This document shows positions 52,630 to 62,259 of a stretch of DNA of 64,000 nucleotides, piece by piece (the stretch's first letter is position 1; the number at the start of each line of letters is the position of its first letter). The stretch lies in NCBI GenBank assembly GCA_963830605.1, contig CAWHML010000007.1, positions 30,053 through 94,052 of the forward strand, read 5' to 3'. The translations under genes and the position numbers were made by a program. The notes under the pieces are model-generated. The model ran no database searches. It had not been told where the DNA came from and saw nothing but the letters and a program-made list of their open reading frames with translations. Source of the stretch: an uncultured Actinomycetota bacterium. GTDB lineage: Bacteria > Actinomycetota > Actinomycetes > Mycobacteriales > Mycobacteriaceae.

Positions 52630-53604
52630 TCACTGCCAGTCGAGGCGTTGCATGTTCGCGGCGTCCTGCCGTACCGGCTCGGGCCGACCGCTGGCCAGGG
52701 CAGCCAGTGCCGCGTCTATCACGGTGTTGCTGGCATATCCGTCGTAGGCCGACGCTCCAGTCTGTGTCTTCGCCGCCACTGCGGCCAGCCACGCAGCGTC
52801 CTGGGCACGGTAGGCCTGATGGAAGCGCTGTATCCAGTTGTCGGTCGGTGCGGGCGAGGCGAGCGTGAGGGCGCCGCGGCTGCCGACAATCTCGCAGCCG
52901 ATGTCGTATTGCAGCCCCGGCCCGCGGCCTAGCGACATGACGCCGAGCACGCCGGACTGCGACGTCAACGTGAGGACGACGATCACGGTGTCGCCGTCTC
53001 GGCTGGTTTTCGTTATGGCGGAGACTTCTCTGATGTCTTCGCCGCACAACCAGCGGAACACGTCGATGTCGTGGGATGCGCTGCTGGAGATGAGCTCTCG
53101 TTCGTCGAAGCCGATAACCGCGAGCGGATTATGGTGACGCTGGTTGATCAGGACGGGCTCTCCGACGTCTCCAGCCCGCAGGCTCCGGTGCAGGTTCTGG
53201 TAGTCGGTGTCGAAGCGCCGCATGAAGCCGACCTGCACCAGCCGGTGACCGCTGGCGCGTTCGGCGTTGACCAATTGCCACGACTGGTCGGCTGATGTGG
53301 TCAGCGGCTTCTCGCAGAGTACGAATAAGCCTCGGAGGATGCACTTTTCGACGATGCGGTGATGAGTGTCGTCAGCGGTCGCCACCAAAACGGCGTCGAC
53401 GTCGGCGTCATTCACGCAATCAACCGGATCGTGAAACACGACTGCTTCGGGCACGACTGAGGCGGCGCGCTCGGCGAATGGAGCGTGACTGTCGGCAAGG
53501 GCGCAGATGCGCACGTGCGGCCGCAATCTTGCGAAGATCGCGAGGTGCTCCATCCCCATCTTGCCCAGCCCGATCAGGGCCAGCCGCACCGGCTCGTCAA
53601 CCAT
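52630..53604 (-). CDS. Gfo/Idh/MocA oxidoreductase (inositol 2-dehydrogenase-like)
   Basis: LIGLGKMG, VLCEKPL, VQVGFMRRFD and HDIDVFRWL. Confidence 0.88.
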   Translation of the reverse strand: MVDEPVRLALIGLGKMGMEHLAIFARLRPHVRICALADSHAPFAERAASVVPEAVVFHDPVDCVNDADVDAVLVATADDTHHRIVEKCILRGLFVLCEKPLTTSADQSWQLVNAERASGHRLVQVGFMRRFDTDYQNLHRSLRAGDVGEPVLINQRHHNPLAVIGFDERELISSSASHDIDVFRWLCGEDIREVSAITKTSRDGDTVIVVLTLTSQSGVLGVMSLGRGPGLQYDIGCEIVGSRGALTLASPAPTDNWIQRFHQAYRAQDAAWLAAVAAKTQTGASAYDGYASNTVIDAALAALASGRPEPVRQDAANMQRLDWQ

Positions 53605-54670
53605 GACCGGCTACCTCTGTCCAGGCACCGCTGGACACCGAGGCGGCTACCGCGGCGTGAATCACCGCCGCTCGCAAACCATCAGCGAACATCGGGAGCC
53701 CCTCTGGCGCGGTGCCGGTACGGATTGCCTCGTACACATCGGCGACGAACAGGTTGAAGCAATCCTGGTAGCCCTGCGGATGGCCGGCCGGCAACATCGA
53801 ATAGCGCACACTGCGTGGATCGAGCACCGCCCCGTCGCGCAGCAGCACCGTACTACCACGCAGTCCGCCGATGACAAGCTCATCGGGACGTTCTTGGTTG
53901 AACTGTACCGCCGCCTCCCGACCGTCGAAGGAGAAGGACAACTGGTTCTTCCGACCCGGTGAAAATTGGCTGACCACCACGCTTCCCACCGCACCACGAT
54001 CGGTGCGGAAAGCGACCACCGCACCGTCGTCCTGACGAACACCGCGGCGTGCGGCCACGCCTTCGGTGGCGAAGACAGCGCTGATGCGATGGCCGGTGAC
54101 GAATTCCATCAGGTCGCACCAATGCGAGCCGATGTCGGCGAACGTCATCGAAATCCCGCTCTGCGCCGGGTCGGAGCGCCAACCAACCGGATCAGCTTGG
54201 GCCATATGGTCTTGCAAATAGCCGCCGTGCATCAGCCATACAGCCGCGTCGGCGATCCGGCAACGGGCTTCACGCACCATTGGGTAAAACCGGTAGATAA
54301 ACGGCACAGCTGCCACTGTGCCGGCTTTTTCGGCGGCCACGGCAAGGGCGGCAGCGTCGCGAACCGTTGTCGCCAAAGGTTTTTCGCAGATGACATGCTT
54401 CCCCGCTGCCAGAGCTGCGGCGGTCTGCCCGAAGTGCAGACTGTTGGGTGTGCAGATATGCACGACGTCGACGTCCGCTGCGGTGCAGACTTCCTCTGCA
54501 GTGGCCGAGCGTTCGGCCCCGAATCGCGGCGCGGAGCGTTCACTGCTTTGCGGCGTACTGGCAGCAACGGCGGCAATTAGGCCGCCGGCTCGACGTACGG
54601 CGTGGGCATGCACCGAACCGACCATGCCGGCGCCGATGATCGCGCTGCGTAGTGGAGGTGGCTGGCTCAC
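53597..54670 (-). CDS. Gfo/Idh/MocA oxidoreductase
   Basis: IIGAGMVG, HICTPNSLH, VICEKPLA, DIGSHWCDL and GHPQGY. Confidence 0.9.
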   Translation of the reverse strand: MSQPPPLRSAIIGAGMVGSVHAHAVRRAGGLIAAVAASTPQSSERSAPRFGAERSATAEEVCTAADVDVVHICTPNSLHFGQTAAALAAGKHVICEKPLATTVRDAAALAVAAEKAGTVAAVPFIYRFYPMVREARCRIADAAVWLMHGGYLQDHMAQADPVGWRSDPAQSGISMTFADIGSHWCDLMEFVTGHRISAVFATEGVAARRGVRQDDGAVVAFRTDRGAVGSVVVSQFSPGRKNQLSFSFDGREAAVQFNQERPDELVIGGLRGSTVLLRDGAVLDPRSVRYSMLPAGHPQGYQDCFNLFVADVYEAIRTGTAPEGLPMFADGLRAAVIHAAVAASVSSGAWTEVAGHG

Positions 54671-54674
54671 CGTG

Positions 54675-55439
54675 CTAGCTCGGCTTGCGGGCTTCGATCA
54701 GCACCCGCGAGCTGTGGGTGACGAAGGGGCCGTCGGCCTCGATCCGTTGGTGCAGTGCGCGCAGTTCGTCGCGATACGCAGCGACAGTGAAGCCCGGAAT
54801 GATCCAGATCAGCTTGCGTAGAAAATACGTGACGGCGCCGACGTCGAAGAACTCCAACCGAATTTGCTCATGACGTAGGTCGACCACGTCGAGCCCGGCC
54901 GCGCCCACTTCGGCGGCGACGGTGTCTGGGTTCAACTGTCCGCGAATGGGTTTGTGCTCCCGCGTTCCGACGAAATGCTCAATCAGTGTTCGGAAATAGA
55001 TGACGCCGACGTGCTGGGCGAAGTAGGTGCCGTCCGGTTCTAGCAGCCGAAAGATCTCGTCCCACCACACTGCCGACGGGTGTCGCGCTGTCACCAGATC
55101 GAATGCGGCGTCGGCGAACGGCAGGGATGGCGATTCACCGGTGGCGACCACTACCACACCCAGCGGATGTAGCAGCCGAGTGGCCAGGGCGATGTTCGGT
55201 GGCCACGGCTCGGTGGCGGCCATCGTCGGAGGAAAGGGCCCAGCGCCGGCGAGAACCTCACCGCCGCCGGTGTAGATGTCCAACGCGGACTTCGCCTGTG
55301 CCAGGCGATCGCGTAGGAGTCGTTGGTAGCCCCAGGACGGACGCTGCTCAGTGGCCCTGCCGTTCAGCCAGGAGAAGTCCCAGCCCGCGACCGATACCGA
55401 CTCGGCCTCGGCGACGAGCTGGTCGAAGGTGCGTTCCAC
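54675..55439 (-). CDS. Class I SAM-dependent methyltransferase
   Basis: MERTFDQLVAEA..GWDFSWL, LDIYTGGGE, LPFADAAFDLVTARH. Confidence 0.88.
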   Translation of the reverse strand: MERTFDQLVAEAESVSVAGWDFSWLNGRATEQRPSWGYQRLLRDRLAQAKSALDIYTGGGEVLAGAGPFPPTMAATEPWPPNIALATRLLHPLGVVVVATGESPSLPFADAAFDLVTARHPSAVWWDEIFRLLEPDGTYFAQHVGVIYFRTLIEHFVGTREHKPIRGQLNPDTVAAEVGAAGLDVVDLRHEQIRLEFFDVGAVTYFLRKLIWIIPGFTVAAYRDELRALHQRIEADGPFVTHSSRVLIEARKPS

Positions 55440-55629
55440 GCCGCAGATCGTCGCATGCGCCGACGCCCGGGTGTCCCAGCAGCCCCAGCTTTCTCTGCCT
55501 AAAGGAGGGTGTCGTTGTGCCCACCTCCGAGCGACTTCTCCACCCGAATTCAGATTGTCGCTGTGAGACGGGCATAACGGATGCACCTGCTGGCCCGATA
55601 GGAAAGGGCGGAAGTGATAATGCAGTCGG

Positions 55630-56610
55630 TCAAGGATGGTTGAGGACGGCCAGCAGCCGCCGCGCCGCCTCGACCCGCCGGGTGGCCGGCCCGGCCAGCG
55701 CGTCCAGAGCGCACTCGGGATCGGCGGGCGGTCCCAGGTGCCCACAGCCACGCGGGCAGGTGTCGATCGCTTCGGCCAGATCCGGGAACGCCATCAGCAC
55801 GTCGTCCGGCGCGATCAGGGCCAGCCCGAACGAGCGGACGCCCGGTGTGTCGATCACCCACCCATGCCCAGCCAGCGGCAACGCCACCGACTGCGCCGAC
55901 GTATGCCGACCCTTACCCACACCAGACACGTTCCCGGTGGCCCGATCTGCTTGCGGCACCAGACGATTGACCAACGTCGACTTTCCCACCCCGGAGTGGC
56001 CGAGCAGAACGGTGATCTGGTCGGTCAGCAGGGGAGCGACGACGTCGAGCGGATCGTCGCGGCCCGCGGTGGCGACGGTCAGACCTAAACCGGCGAAGTG
56101 TTCGGCAAACGGCACCCAGGGCGCCAAATCGGTCTTCGTCAAACACAATATCGGGGTCAAGCCACCGGCGTATGCGGCGATCAGCGCGCGATCGACGAAA
56201 CCGGTCCGCGGTGGCGGGTCGGCCAGTGCGACCACGATCAGCAGCTGGTCGGCGTTGGCCACCACGACCCGCTCGGTGGGATCGGTGTCATCGGCGCTGC
56301 GCCGCAACACGGTTCGCCGTTCGCTGCGCCGCACAATGCGGGCAAGACTGTCGGGCCGGCCGGACAGGTCGCCCACCACGTCGACGTCGTCGCCGACCAC
56401 GATCGGGGTACGGCCCAGCTCTCGGGCGCGCATGGCGGTGACCCGATGGTCCGGGTCACCGTCGAGCACGCAGCCCCAGCGGCCGCGGTCGACGCTGACC
56501 ACCATGGCCGCTTTGGCGTCGGCGTGCTCGGGTCGGGTTTTGGTCCGCGGCCGCGAGCCTCGCCCGGACCGGATCCTGACGTCGGATTCGTCGTAGTCGC
56601 CGGGCCTCAA
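55630..56610 (-). CDS. rsgA: Ribosome small subunit-dependent GTPase A
   Basis: [18 protein letters not shown] and DTPG motifs plus Zn finger C..C.H....EC; TTG start overlaps the aroA stop. Confidence 0.95.
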   Translation of the reverse strand: MRPGDYDESDVRIRSGRGSRPRTKTRPEHADAKAAMVVSVDRGRWGCVLDGDPDHRVTAMRARELGRTPIVVGDDVDVVGDLSGRPDSLARIVRRSERRTVLRRSADDTDPTERVVVANADQLLIVVALADPPPRTGFVDRALIAAYAGGLTPILCLTKTDLAPWVPFAEHFAGLGLTVATAGRDDPLDVVAPLLTDQITVLLGHSGVGKSTLVNRLVPQADRATGNVSGVGKGRHTSAQSVALPLAGHGWVIDTPGVRSFGLALIAPDDVLMAFPDLAEAIDTCPRGCGHLGPPADPECALDALAGPATRRVEAARRLLAVLNHP

Positions 56611-57899
56611 CCGCGAAACCCGTTGTCGGCGACCATGTCCGTCCACAGCTGTGCGAACGCGGGCAGGGTCTTGGCGGTGGTGGCGATGTCATCCACTGCG
56701 ACGCCTTCGACGCGAAGGCCGATAATCGCGCCGGCCATCGCCATCCGGTGATCGGCGTACGAGCGCCAGGTCCCTGGACGCAGCGGGGTGGCGGTGACCT
56801 GCAGACCGTCGGGCGTTTGCCGGCAGTCTCCGCCCAGCCGGTTTATCTCGGTGCTCAACGCGGCGAGCCGGTCGGTTTCGTGGCCGCGCAGGTGCCCGAT
56901 GCCCGTCAGCCGTGACACCGATCCGGGCCGGGCCAGGGCGGCCAGCGCAGCCACCGCCGGTGTCAGTTCGCCTACGTCACGCAAGTCGACATCGAACCCG
57001 CCGTAGTCCTTCGGTCCGCGCACCTCCAGGAACGAATCAGCCCGTCGCACATCAACATTAAGCTTCCGCAGGACGGCTTGGATGATGCCGGCGGGTTGGA
57101 TGCTGTCGGCCGGCCAGCTGGCGATGCGCACAGCGCCGCCGGTTGCCACGGCCGCGGCCAGGAACGGAACCGCGTTGGAGAGATCCGGTTCGATGTCCCA
57201 TCGCCGAGCGGCCACCGCGCCAGGGCGCACCTGCCAGCGGGCCGGCATCGAATCGTCGACGTCGACTCCTGCCAGGCGCAGCATCGCCACCGTCATCGCG
57301 ATGTGCGGAGCAGACGGCAGCGTCGCGCCGCGGTGCTGAACCGTCAACCCTTCGGCGAACGACGCCCCGCCCAACAGCAGCCCAGAGACGAACTGCGACG
57401 ACGCCGACGCATCGATAGCCACCGTGCCGCCACCCACCGATCCCACACCGTGGACCCGAAACGGCAGACCCTCACCGTCGACGTCGACGCCGAGGCGGCG
57501 CAGCGCATCCAGCAGCGGGGCGATGGGCCGCACGCGGGCCTGCGCGTCGCCGTCGAAAACGACCGTCGCGGTACTCAGCGCCGCCAGCGGCGGGACGAAG
57601 CGCAATACCGTACCCGCCAATCCGCAGTCCACCCGGGCGCCTGACGCCGGGGCCAGCCGGCCGCTGACCGTCAACTTCGACCCGGTTCCCTCGATCCGCA
57701 GCCCCAGGCTGGTCAGCGCGCCGATCATCAGGTCGGTGTCCCGGCTGCGCAGTGCCCCGCAAACCGTCGAAGCGCCATTGCCGGCCGCGGCCGCCAACGC
57801 CGACAGGACCAGGGCGCGGTTTGTCTGCGATTTCGACCCCGGGACGGAGACGGTCGCGCACACCGGGATCGGTGTGTACGGGGCCGGCCAGGTGGTCAC
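56607..57899 (-). CDS. aroA: 3-phosphoshikimate 1-carboxyvinyltransferase (EPSP synthase)
   Basis: [37 protein letters not shown] and DHRMAMA. Confidence 0.97.
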   Translation of the reverse strand: MTTWPAPYTPIPVCATVSVPGSKSQTNRALVLSALAAAAGNGASTVCGALRSRDTDLMIGALTSLGLRIEGTGSKLTVSGRLAPASGARVDCGLAGTVLRFVPPLAALSTATVVFDGDAQARVRPIAPLLDALRRLGVDVDGEGLPFRVHGVGSVGGGTVAIDASASSQFVSGLLLGGASFAEGLTVQHRGATLPSAPHIAMTVAMLRLAGVDVDDSMPARWQVRPGAVAARRWDIEPDLSNAVPFLAAAVATGGAVRIASWPADSIQPAGIIQAVLRKLNVDVRRADSFLEVRGPKDYGGFDVDLRDVGELTPAVAALAALARPGSVSRLTGIGHLRGHETDRLAALSTEINRLGGDCRQTPDGLQVTATPLRPGTWRSYADHRMAMAGAIIGLRVEGVAVDDIATTAKTLPAFAQLWTDMVADNGFRG

Positions 57900-57954
57900 T
57901 TGTCCATCATCGCTTGTCCATCGCTGATCTAAGGGCTCTGCCACCATGGAAGGT

Positions 57955-58716
57955 ATGTGCGGACGATTCGCGGTGACGACCGACCCGGCGCTGCTGGCCG
58001 AGAAGATCAAGGCGATCGACGAGGCGTCCGGCGGCGCTGCTGTAGCCGGCCCGAACTACAACGTGGCTCCGACGACGACGATCGCGACCGTGGTGAGCCG
58101 GCACACCGAGCCGGACGACGAACCGACCCGGCGGGTACGGATGATGCGATGGGGGTTGGTTCCGCCGTGGGCCAAGGCCGGTGCCGACGGCGCACCCGAG
58201 ACCAAGGGGCCGCAGCTGATCAATGCCCGCGCCGAGAAAGTCACCACCTCGCCCGCTTTTCGCTCCAGCGCCAAATCCAAGCGCTGCCTGGTGCCGATGG
58301 ACGGCTATTACGAATGGCGCGCCAACCCGGGCCAGAAAGGCGGAAAAACGCCGTTCTACCTGCACCGTTCGGACGGCGAGCTGCTGTTCATGGCGGGGCT
58401 CTGGTCGGTCTGGAAACCGGCTCAGAAACCCGCGAAAGACGCCGCGCCGCTACTGAGCTGCACGATCGTCACTACCGATGCGGTCGGGGAGCTGGCGCAG
58501 ATACACGACCGGATGCCGCTGGTGGTGGCCGAACGCGATTGGGATCGCTGGTTGAGTCCCGACGCTCCAGCCGACGAGCGGCTGTTGGCCAGCCCGCCCG
58601 ATGTACGGGCTATCGAGCTGCGTGAGATATCGACACTGGTCAACAGTGTCCGTAACAATGGGCCGGAGCTGCTCGCGCCGGCCGACCCGCAGCCGCAGCA
58701 GGCGACGCTGCTCTGA
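57955..58716 (+). CDS. SOS response-associated peptidase (SRAP/YedK/HMCES; Rv3226c ortholog)
   Basis: MCGRF with catalytic Cys2; NYNVAPT, WGLVPPW, INARAE, GYYEW and HDRMP. Confidence 0.95.
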   Translation: MCGRFAVTTDPALLAEKIKAIDEASGGAAVAGPNYNVAPTTTIATVVSRHTEPDDEPTRRVRMMRWGLVPPWAKAGADGAPETKGPQLINARAEKVTTSPAFRSSAKSKRCLVPMDGYYEWRANPGQKGGKTPFYLHRSDGELLFMAGLWSVWKPAQKPAKDAAPLLSCTIVTTDAVGELAQIHDRMPLVVAERDWDRWLSPDAPADERLLASPPDVRAIELREISTLVNSVRNNGPELLAPADPQPQQATLL

Positions 58717-58728
58717 GCCGGGCCGAGA

Positions 58729-59577
58729 CTAGGGCGCCTGGTATCCCGGCGGGTTGACCTCTTCCACCCACAGGTCGACGCCGAGCTGAGCTCCCGGGAC
58801 GCAGTCGTACACCGACAGGTCGGTGACCCCGGACTCCACCAGCACGTCCTCGCAGAAAACCGAGTTGCCGGTGTACTCGGGGGCGCGTTTGTTGAGGATG
58901 ACATAGGCGGCGTCGGCGTACACCTCCGGCTTACGGGCCCGCCCCATCGCCTCCTCACCGCCCAGCAAATTCTGCACCGCGGCGGTGGCCACCAGCGTGC
59001 GCGGCCACAGCGTGTTCGAGGCGATCCCGTCGGCGCGCAATTCCTCGGCGATGCCCAGCGCGCACAGCGTCATGCCGAACTTGGCCATCATGTACGCCGT
59101 CGGCTTGAGCCATTTCGGGTCCAGCAGCACCGGCGGCGACAGCGTCAGAATGTGGGGATTCTCCCGGCCTTTCAGGTGCGGTATGCAGGCCTGCGACACC
59201 GCGTAGGTGCCCCGTACCTGGATGCCGTTCATCAGGTCGAACCGCTTCATCGGTACCTCGGTGATCGAGCCCAGGTTGATCGCCGACGCGTTGTTGACGC
59301 AGATGTCGATGCCGCCGAACTGCTCCACGGCCTTGGCGACCGCGGATTCGACGGAATCTGGGTCGCGCACATCTCCGACGATGGGCAACGCCTGACCGCC
59401 GGCGTCCTCGAGCTCTTGAGCCGCGGTGAACACCGTGCCAGGCAGCTTGGGATGCGGCTCGGCGGTCTTGGCAATCAGCGCGATGTTGGCGCCGTCTTGG
59501 GCGGCGCGCTTGGCGATCGCCAGGCCGATTCCACGGCTGGCGCCCGAAACGAACAAGGTTTTGCCCTGCAGTGACAT
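58729..59577 (-). CDS. NAD(P)-dependent short-chain dehydrogenase (Rv3224 ortholog)
   Basis: GKTLFVSGASRGIG, VNNAS and YMMAK. Confidence 0.93.
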   Translation of the reverse strand: MSLQGKTLFVSGASRGIGLAIAKRAAQDGANIALIAKTAEPHPKLPGTVFTAAQELEDAGGQALPIVGDVRDPDSVESAVAKAVEQFGGIDICVNNASAINLGSITEVPMKRFDLMNGIQVRGTYAVSQACIPHLKGRENPHILTLSPPVLLDPKWLKPTAYMMAKFGMTLCALGIAEELRADGIASNTLWPRTLVATAAVQNLLGGEEAMGRARKPEVYADAAYVILNKRAPEYTGNSVFCEDVLVESGVTDLSVYDCVPGAQLGVDLWVEEVNPPGYQAP

Positions 59578-59855
59578 GGCGTCACAGTAACGCGGGTCGT
59601 CACGCCTGGGTGCGGCGGTCTTCTGCCAGCGCCGGCGGCGGAAATAGCTCGACCGGCGGCGCTGTTGACTGGTGCGGTCGGCCGGCAGCGCAGGACACCT
59701 GTCGGACGCAGCCCCTAGATTAGGAGGGAGGAAGGCTGGTGTCAGCGGCAATGAGCCTCGTCGGCGACGAGCGGTTGGCCGGGTGCCTAATGCATCCGGT
59801 GTGGGTACTCGACCCGTCTGGTGACACCGCGACAGAAGGGACCCTGTTAATCAAG

Positions 59856-60524
59856 ATGGTCGACACCGATGGGGTGGCCGGTTCGGAGACGTCGAACGTC
59901 CCTCAAACCTCCGCGCCCGTGCGCTCCGAGGAGACCGACGAGCAGTTGACGGCACGGTTCGAGCGCGACGCGATTCCGTTGCTGGATCAGCTCTACGGTG
60001 GCGCTTTGCGCATGACGCGCAATCCGGCCGATGCCGAGGACCTGCTGCAAGAGACGATGGTCAAGGCGTACGCCGGGTTTCGGTCATTTCGCGAGGGCAC
60101 CAATCTCAAAGCGTGGCTGTACCGGATCCTGACCAATACTTACATCAACAGCTACCGGAAGAAGCAGCGGCAACCGGCGCAATATCCGACCGACGAGATC
60201 ACCGACTGGCAGTTGGCCGCCACCGCCGAGCATTCCTCTACCGGCCTGCGCTCAGCTGAGGTCGAGGCGCTCGAAGCGCTGCCGGACACCGAAATCAAGC
60301 AGGCGCTGCAGGCATTGCCCGAAGAATTCCGGATGGCTGTGTACTACGCCGACGTCGAAGGCTTCCCGTACAAAGAAATCGCCGAGATCATGGATACGCC
60401 GATTGGCACCGTGATGTCGCGGCTGCACCGCGGTAGGCGTCAATTGCGTGGACTGCTCGCCGACGTCGCCAAAGAGCGCGGGTTCATGCGCGGTGAGCAG
60501 GCACCGGAGGAGGTGTCGTCGTGA
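59856..60524 (+). CDS. sigH: ECF sigma factor SigH
   Basis: [43 protein letters not shown]; an upstream start (e.g. 59781) is possible. Confidence 0.96.
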   Translation: MVDTDGVAGSETSNVPQTSAPVRSEETDEQLTARFERDAIPLLDQLYGGALRMTRNPADAEDLLQETMVKAYAGFRSFREGTNLKAWLYRILTNTYINSYRKKQRQPAQYPTDEITDWQLAATAEHSSTGLRSAEVEALEALPDTEIKQALQALPEEFRMAVYYADVEGFPYKEIAEIMDTPIGTVMSRLHRGRRQLRGLLADVAKERGFMRGEQAPEEVSS

Positions 60525-60823
60525 CCGAGTTCACCGGCTCCGGCAGCCACGAGTCGCACGCCCGGGCCGACTGCTCGCAAGTTATCGCCGAGGTGTGGAC
60601 ACTACTCGACGGCGAATGCACGGCAGAGACCAGGGAAAAACTTCGCGACCATCTCGAGAAGTGCCCGGGATGCTTGCGTCATTACGGACTCGAGGAGCGG
60701 ATCAAGGCGCTGATCGCGATGAAGTGCCGAGGAGAGAAAGCGCCGGAAGGCCTTCGCGAGCGATTAAGGCTGGAGATCCGCCGGACCACGATCATCCACG
60801 GTGAGGCGTCCTGGCCGTCCTGA
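60521..60823 (+). CDS. rshA: Anti-sigma factor RshA (ZAS)
   Basis: [17 protein letters not shown]...HLEKCPGC (HxxxCxxC); overlaps the sigH stop. Confidence 0.95.
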   Translation: MTEFTGSGSHESHARADCSQVIAEVWTLLDGECTAETREKLRDHLEKCPGCLRHYGLEERIKALIAMKCRGEKAPEGLRERLRLEIRRTTIIHGEASWPS

Positions 60824-60838
60824 GTCAGCGGCCGCGGG

Positions 60839-60913
60839 CTAAGAGTTCGGGCGCTTGCCGTGATTGGCCTTGCTGTTCTTGCGGTCGCGCTTCTTACGGC
60901 CACGCTTGGCCAT
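60839..60913 (-). CDS. 50S ribosomal protein bL37 (24 aa)
   Basis: Read by hand: MAKRGRKKRDRKNSKANHGKRPNS*; AAGGAGG SD upstream; too short for the ORF track. Confidence 0.9.
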   Translation of the reverse strand: MAKRGRKKRDRKNSKANHGKRPNS

Positions 60914-60982
60914 GACGGATCCTCCTTGCAGCTGTAACAGCAGGCCAGTCTCTCATGCGGTCGGCTGTGCTGGCTGAGAGGC

Positions 60983-61738
60983 CTAGATCACCGGAGCAGA
61001 CTGCCCCCGGGCAAGTGAGCTCTGCACGGGCGAACCGGCGCCGGGATAGCCCGGCTGCGCGCCGCCCTGTCCCGGTGCGACGGCGTTGGGGTAGCCCGGT
61101 TGGCCGGGGACCTGCTGGGGTGTGGTGCCGTTGGGGTAGCCCGGTTGGCCGGGGACCTGCTGGGGTGCGATGCCATTGGGGAAGCTGGTCTGCGGTGGGA
61201 CTCCGGGAGTCACCGCGCTGGGGTAGCCCGGTTGGCCGGGGACCTGCTGGGGTGCGATGCCATTGGGGAAGCTGGTCTGCGGTGGGACTCCGGGAGTCAC
61301 CGCGCTGGGGTAGCCCGGCTGCCCAGGAAGCTGCCCGGGTGCGACGCCATTGGAGTAGTCCGGGTAGGCCGGGGCTTGTCCAGGTGTGACCCCGCTGGGA
61401 TAGCCCGGTGTCACGGGCAGCTGCGCCGGCGATGCCGGCGACAGCGACGTCGACCCCGGAGCGCCCGGTATCAGCGAACTGCCGCCGGGAAAGAAGGAAT
61501 TCAGCAGCGAGTTCAGGGGGCCCAGAAGCGCGTTGGCGACGGTGACCGCCGACGAAGGGTCGGGCAGCGCGGGTGCGGGCGCGGGATCGTCGGCGAGCAC
61601 AGGTGAGTTGGGGTTCGCCGTCGCGACACCGCCGCCGAGTCCGATCACACCAGCCGCGGCCAGCGCCAGCGCCAGTCCAGCGGTCGCTCTGGCCCGGGGC
61701 CGGGCAGAATCGCTGATCGCAGACAAAGTTTTGTACAC
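60983..61738 (-). CDS. Putative secreted Pro/Gly/Gln-rich repeat protein
   Basis: AGGAG SD before the GTG; signal-peptide-like RPRARATAGLALALAAAGVIGLGGGVATA; repeated GQPGYP motifs. Confidence 0.7.
   Translation of the reverse strand: MYKTLSAISDSARPRARATAGLALALAAAGVIGLGGGVATANPNSPVLADDPAPAPALPDPSSAVTVANALLGPLNSLLNSFFPGGSSLIPGAPGSTSLSPASPAQLPVTPGYPSGVTPGQAPAYPDYSNGVAPGQLPGQPGYPSAVTPGVPPQTSFPNGIAPQQVPGQPGYPSAVTPGVPPQTSFPNGIAPQQVPGQPGYPNGTTPQQVPGQPGYPNAVAPGQGGAQPGYPGAGSPVQSSLARGQSAPVI
61133..61318. repeat. Exact 87-bp tandem repeat (~2.1 copies) inside the CDS, plus a partial copy at 61086-61122
   Basis: ggggtagcccggttggccggggacctgc... recurs at 61133 and 61220, and its first 12 bp at 61307. 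Confidence 0.9.
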
Positions 61739-61993
61739 GGGAGCTCCTATCGTTACGACACGGTTGCACTTCCGACACTTAAGTCACTTGAGCAACTGTC
61801 GTTGCCAGGAGTCACAAAGGAAACACGTGGGGGTAACGGAAGGAACTCTATAGATCCCCTTACTAACCTTGAGATTCGCTTACTCTTTGGGTTCAGAACG
61901 GTGCCGCACCGCTGCCTCGCCAAGGTGATCGACTGTGGTTCGATGGGACGACGGAATTGCTCAAACACCGCCTGGGTGATGAACGGGGTGATG

Positions 61994-62209
61994 ATGGCCG
62001 AGGATGTTCGGGCCGAGATCGTAGCCAGCGTGCTCGAAGTCGTCGTCAGTGAGGGCGATCAGATCGATGCGGGTGACACTGTGGTGCTGCTCGAGTCAAT
62101 GAAGATGGAAATTCCGGTGTTGGCCGAAGTGGCGGGCACTGTCAGCGAGGTCAGCGTGTCGGTGGGCGATGTCATTCAGGCGGGCGACCTCATCGCCGTG
62201 ATCAGCTAA
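61994..62209 (+). CDS. Biotin/lipoyl-binding carrier protein TB7.3 (Rv3221c ortholog)
   Basis: MAEDVRAEIVASVLEVVV...LLESMKME biotinylation motif; 71 aa. Confidence 0.95.
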   Translation: MAEDVRAEIVASVLEVVVSEGDQIDAGDTVVLLESMKMEIPVLAEVAGTVSEVSVSVGDVIQAGDLIAVIS

Positions 62210-62259
62210 CAATTGGCTCGCGTGGACCGCTGTCGGGCAGCGAGTTTGGAGTAACGCTT

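Noticed and set aside
59640-59666. SigH-type promoter GGAAAT-N18-GTT upstream of sigH
   Set aside because: Plausible autoregulatory promoter, but it deviates from the GGAAY consensus and spacing; too weak to list without TSS data
61086-61318. Direct repeats resembling a CRISPR array
   Set aside because: The units are contiguous, in-frame and inside a CDS, with no unique spacers and no cas genes
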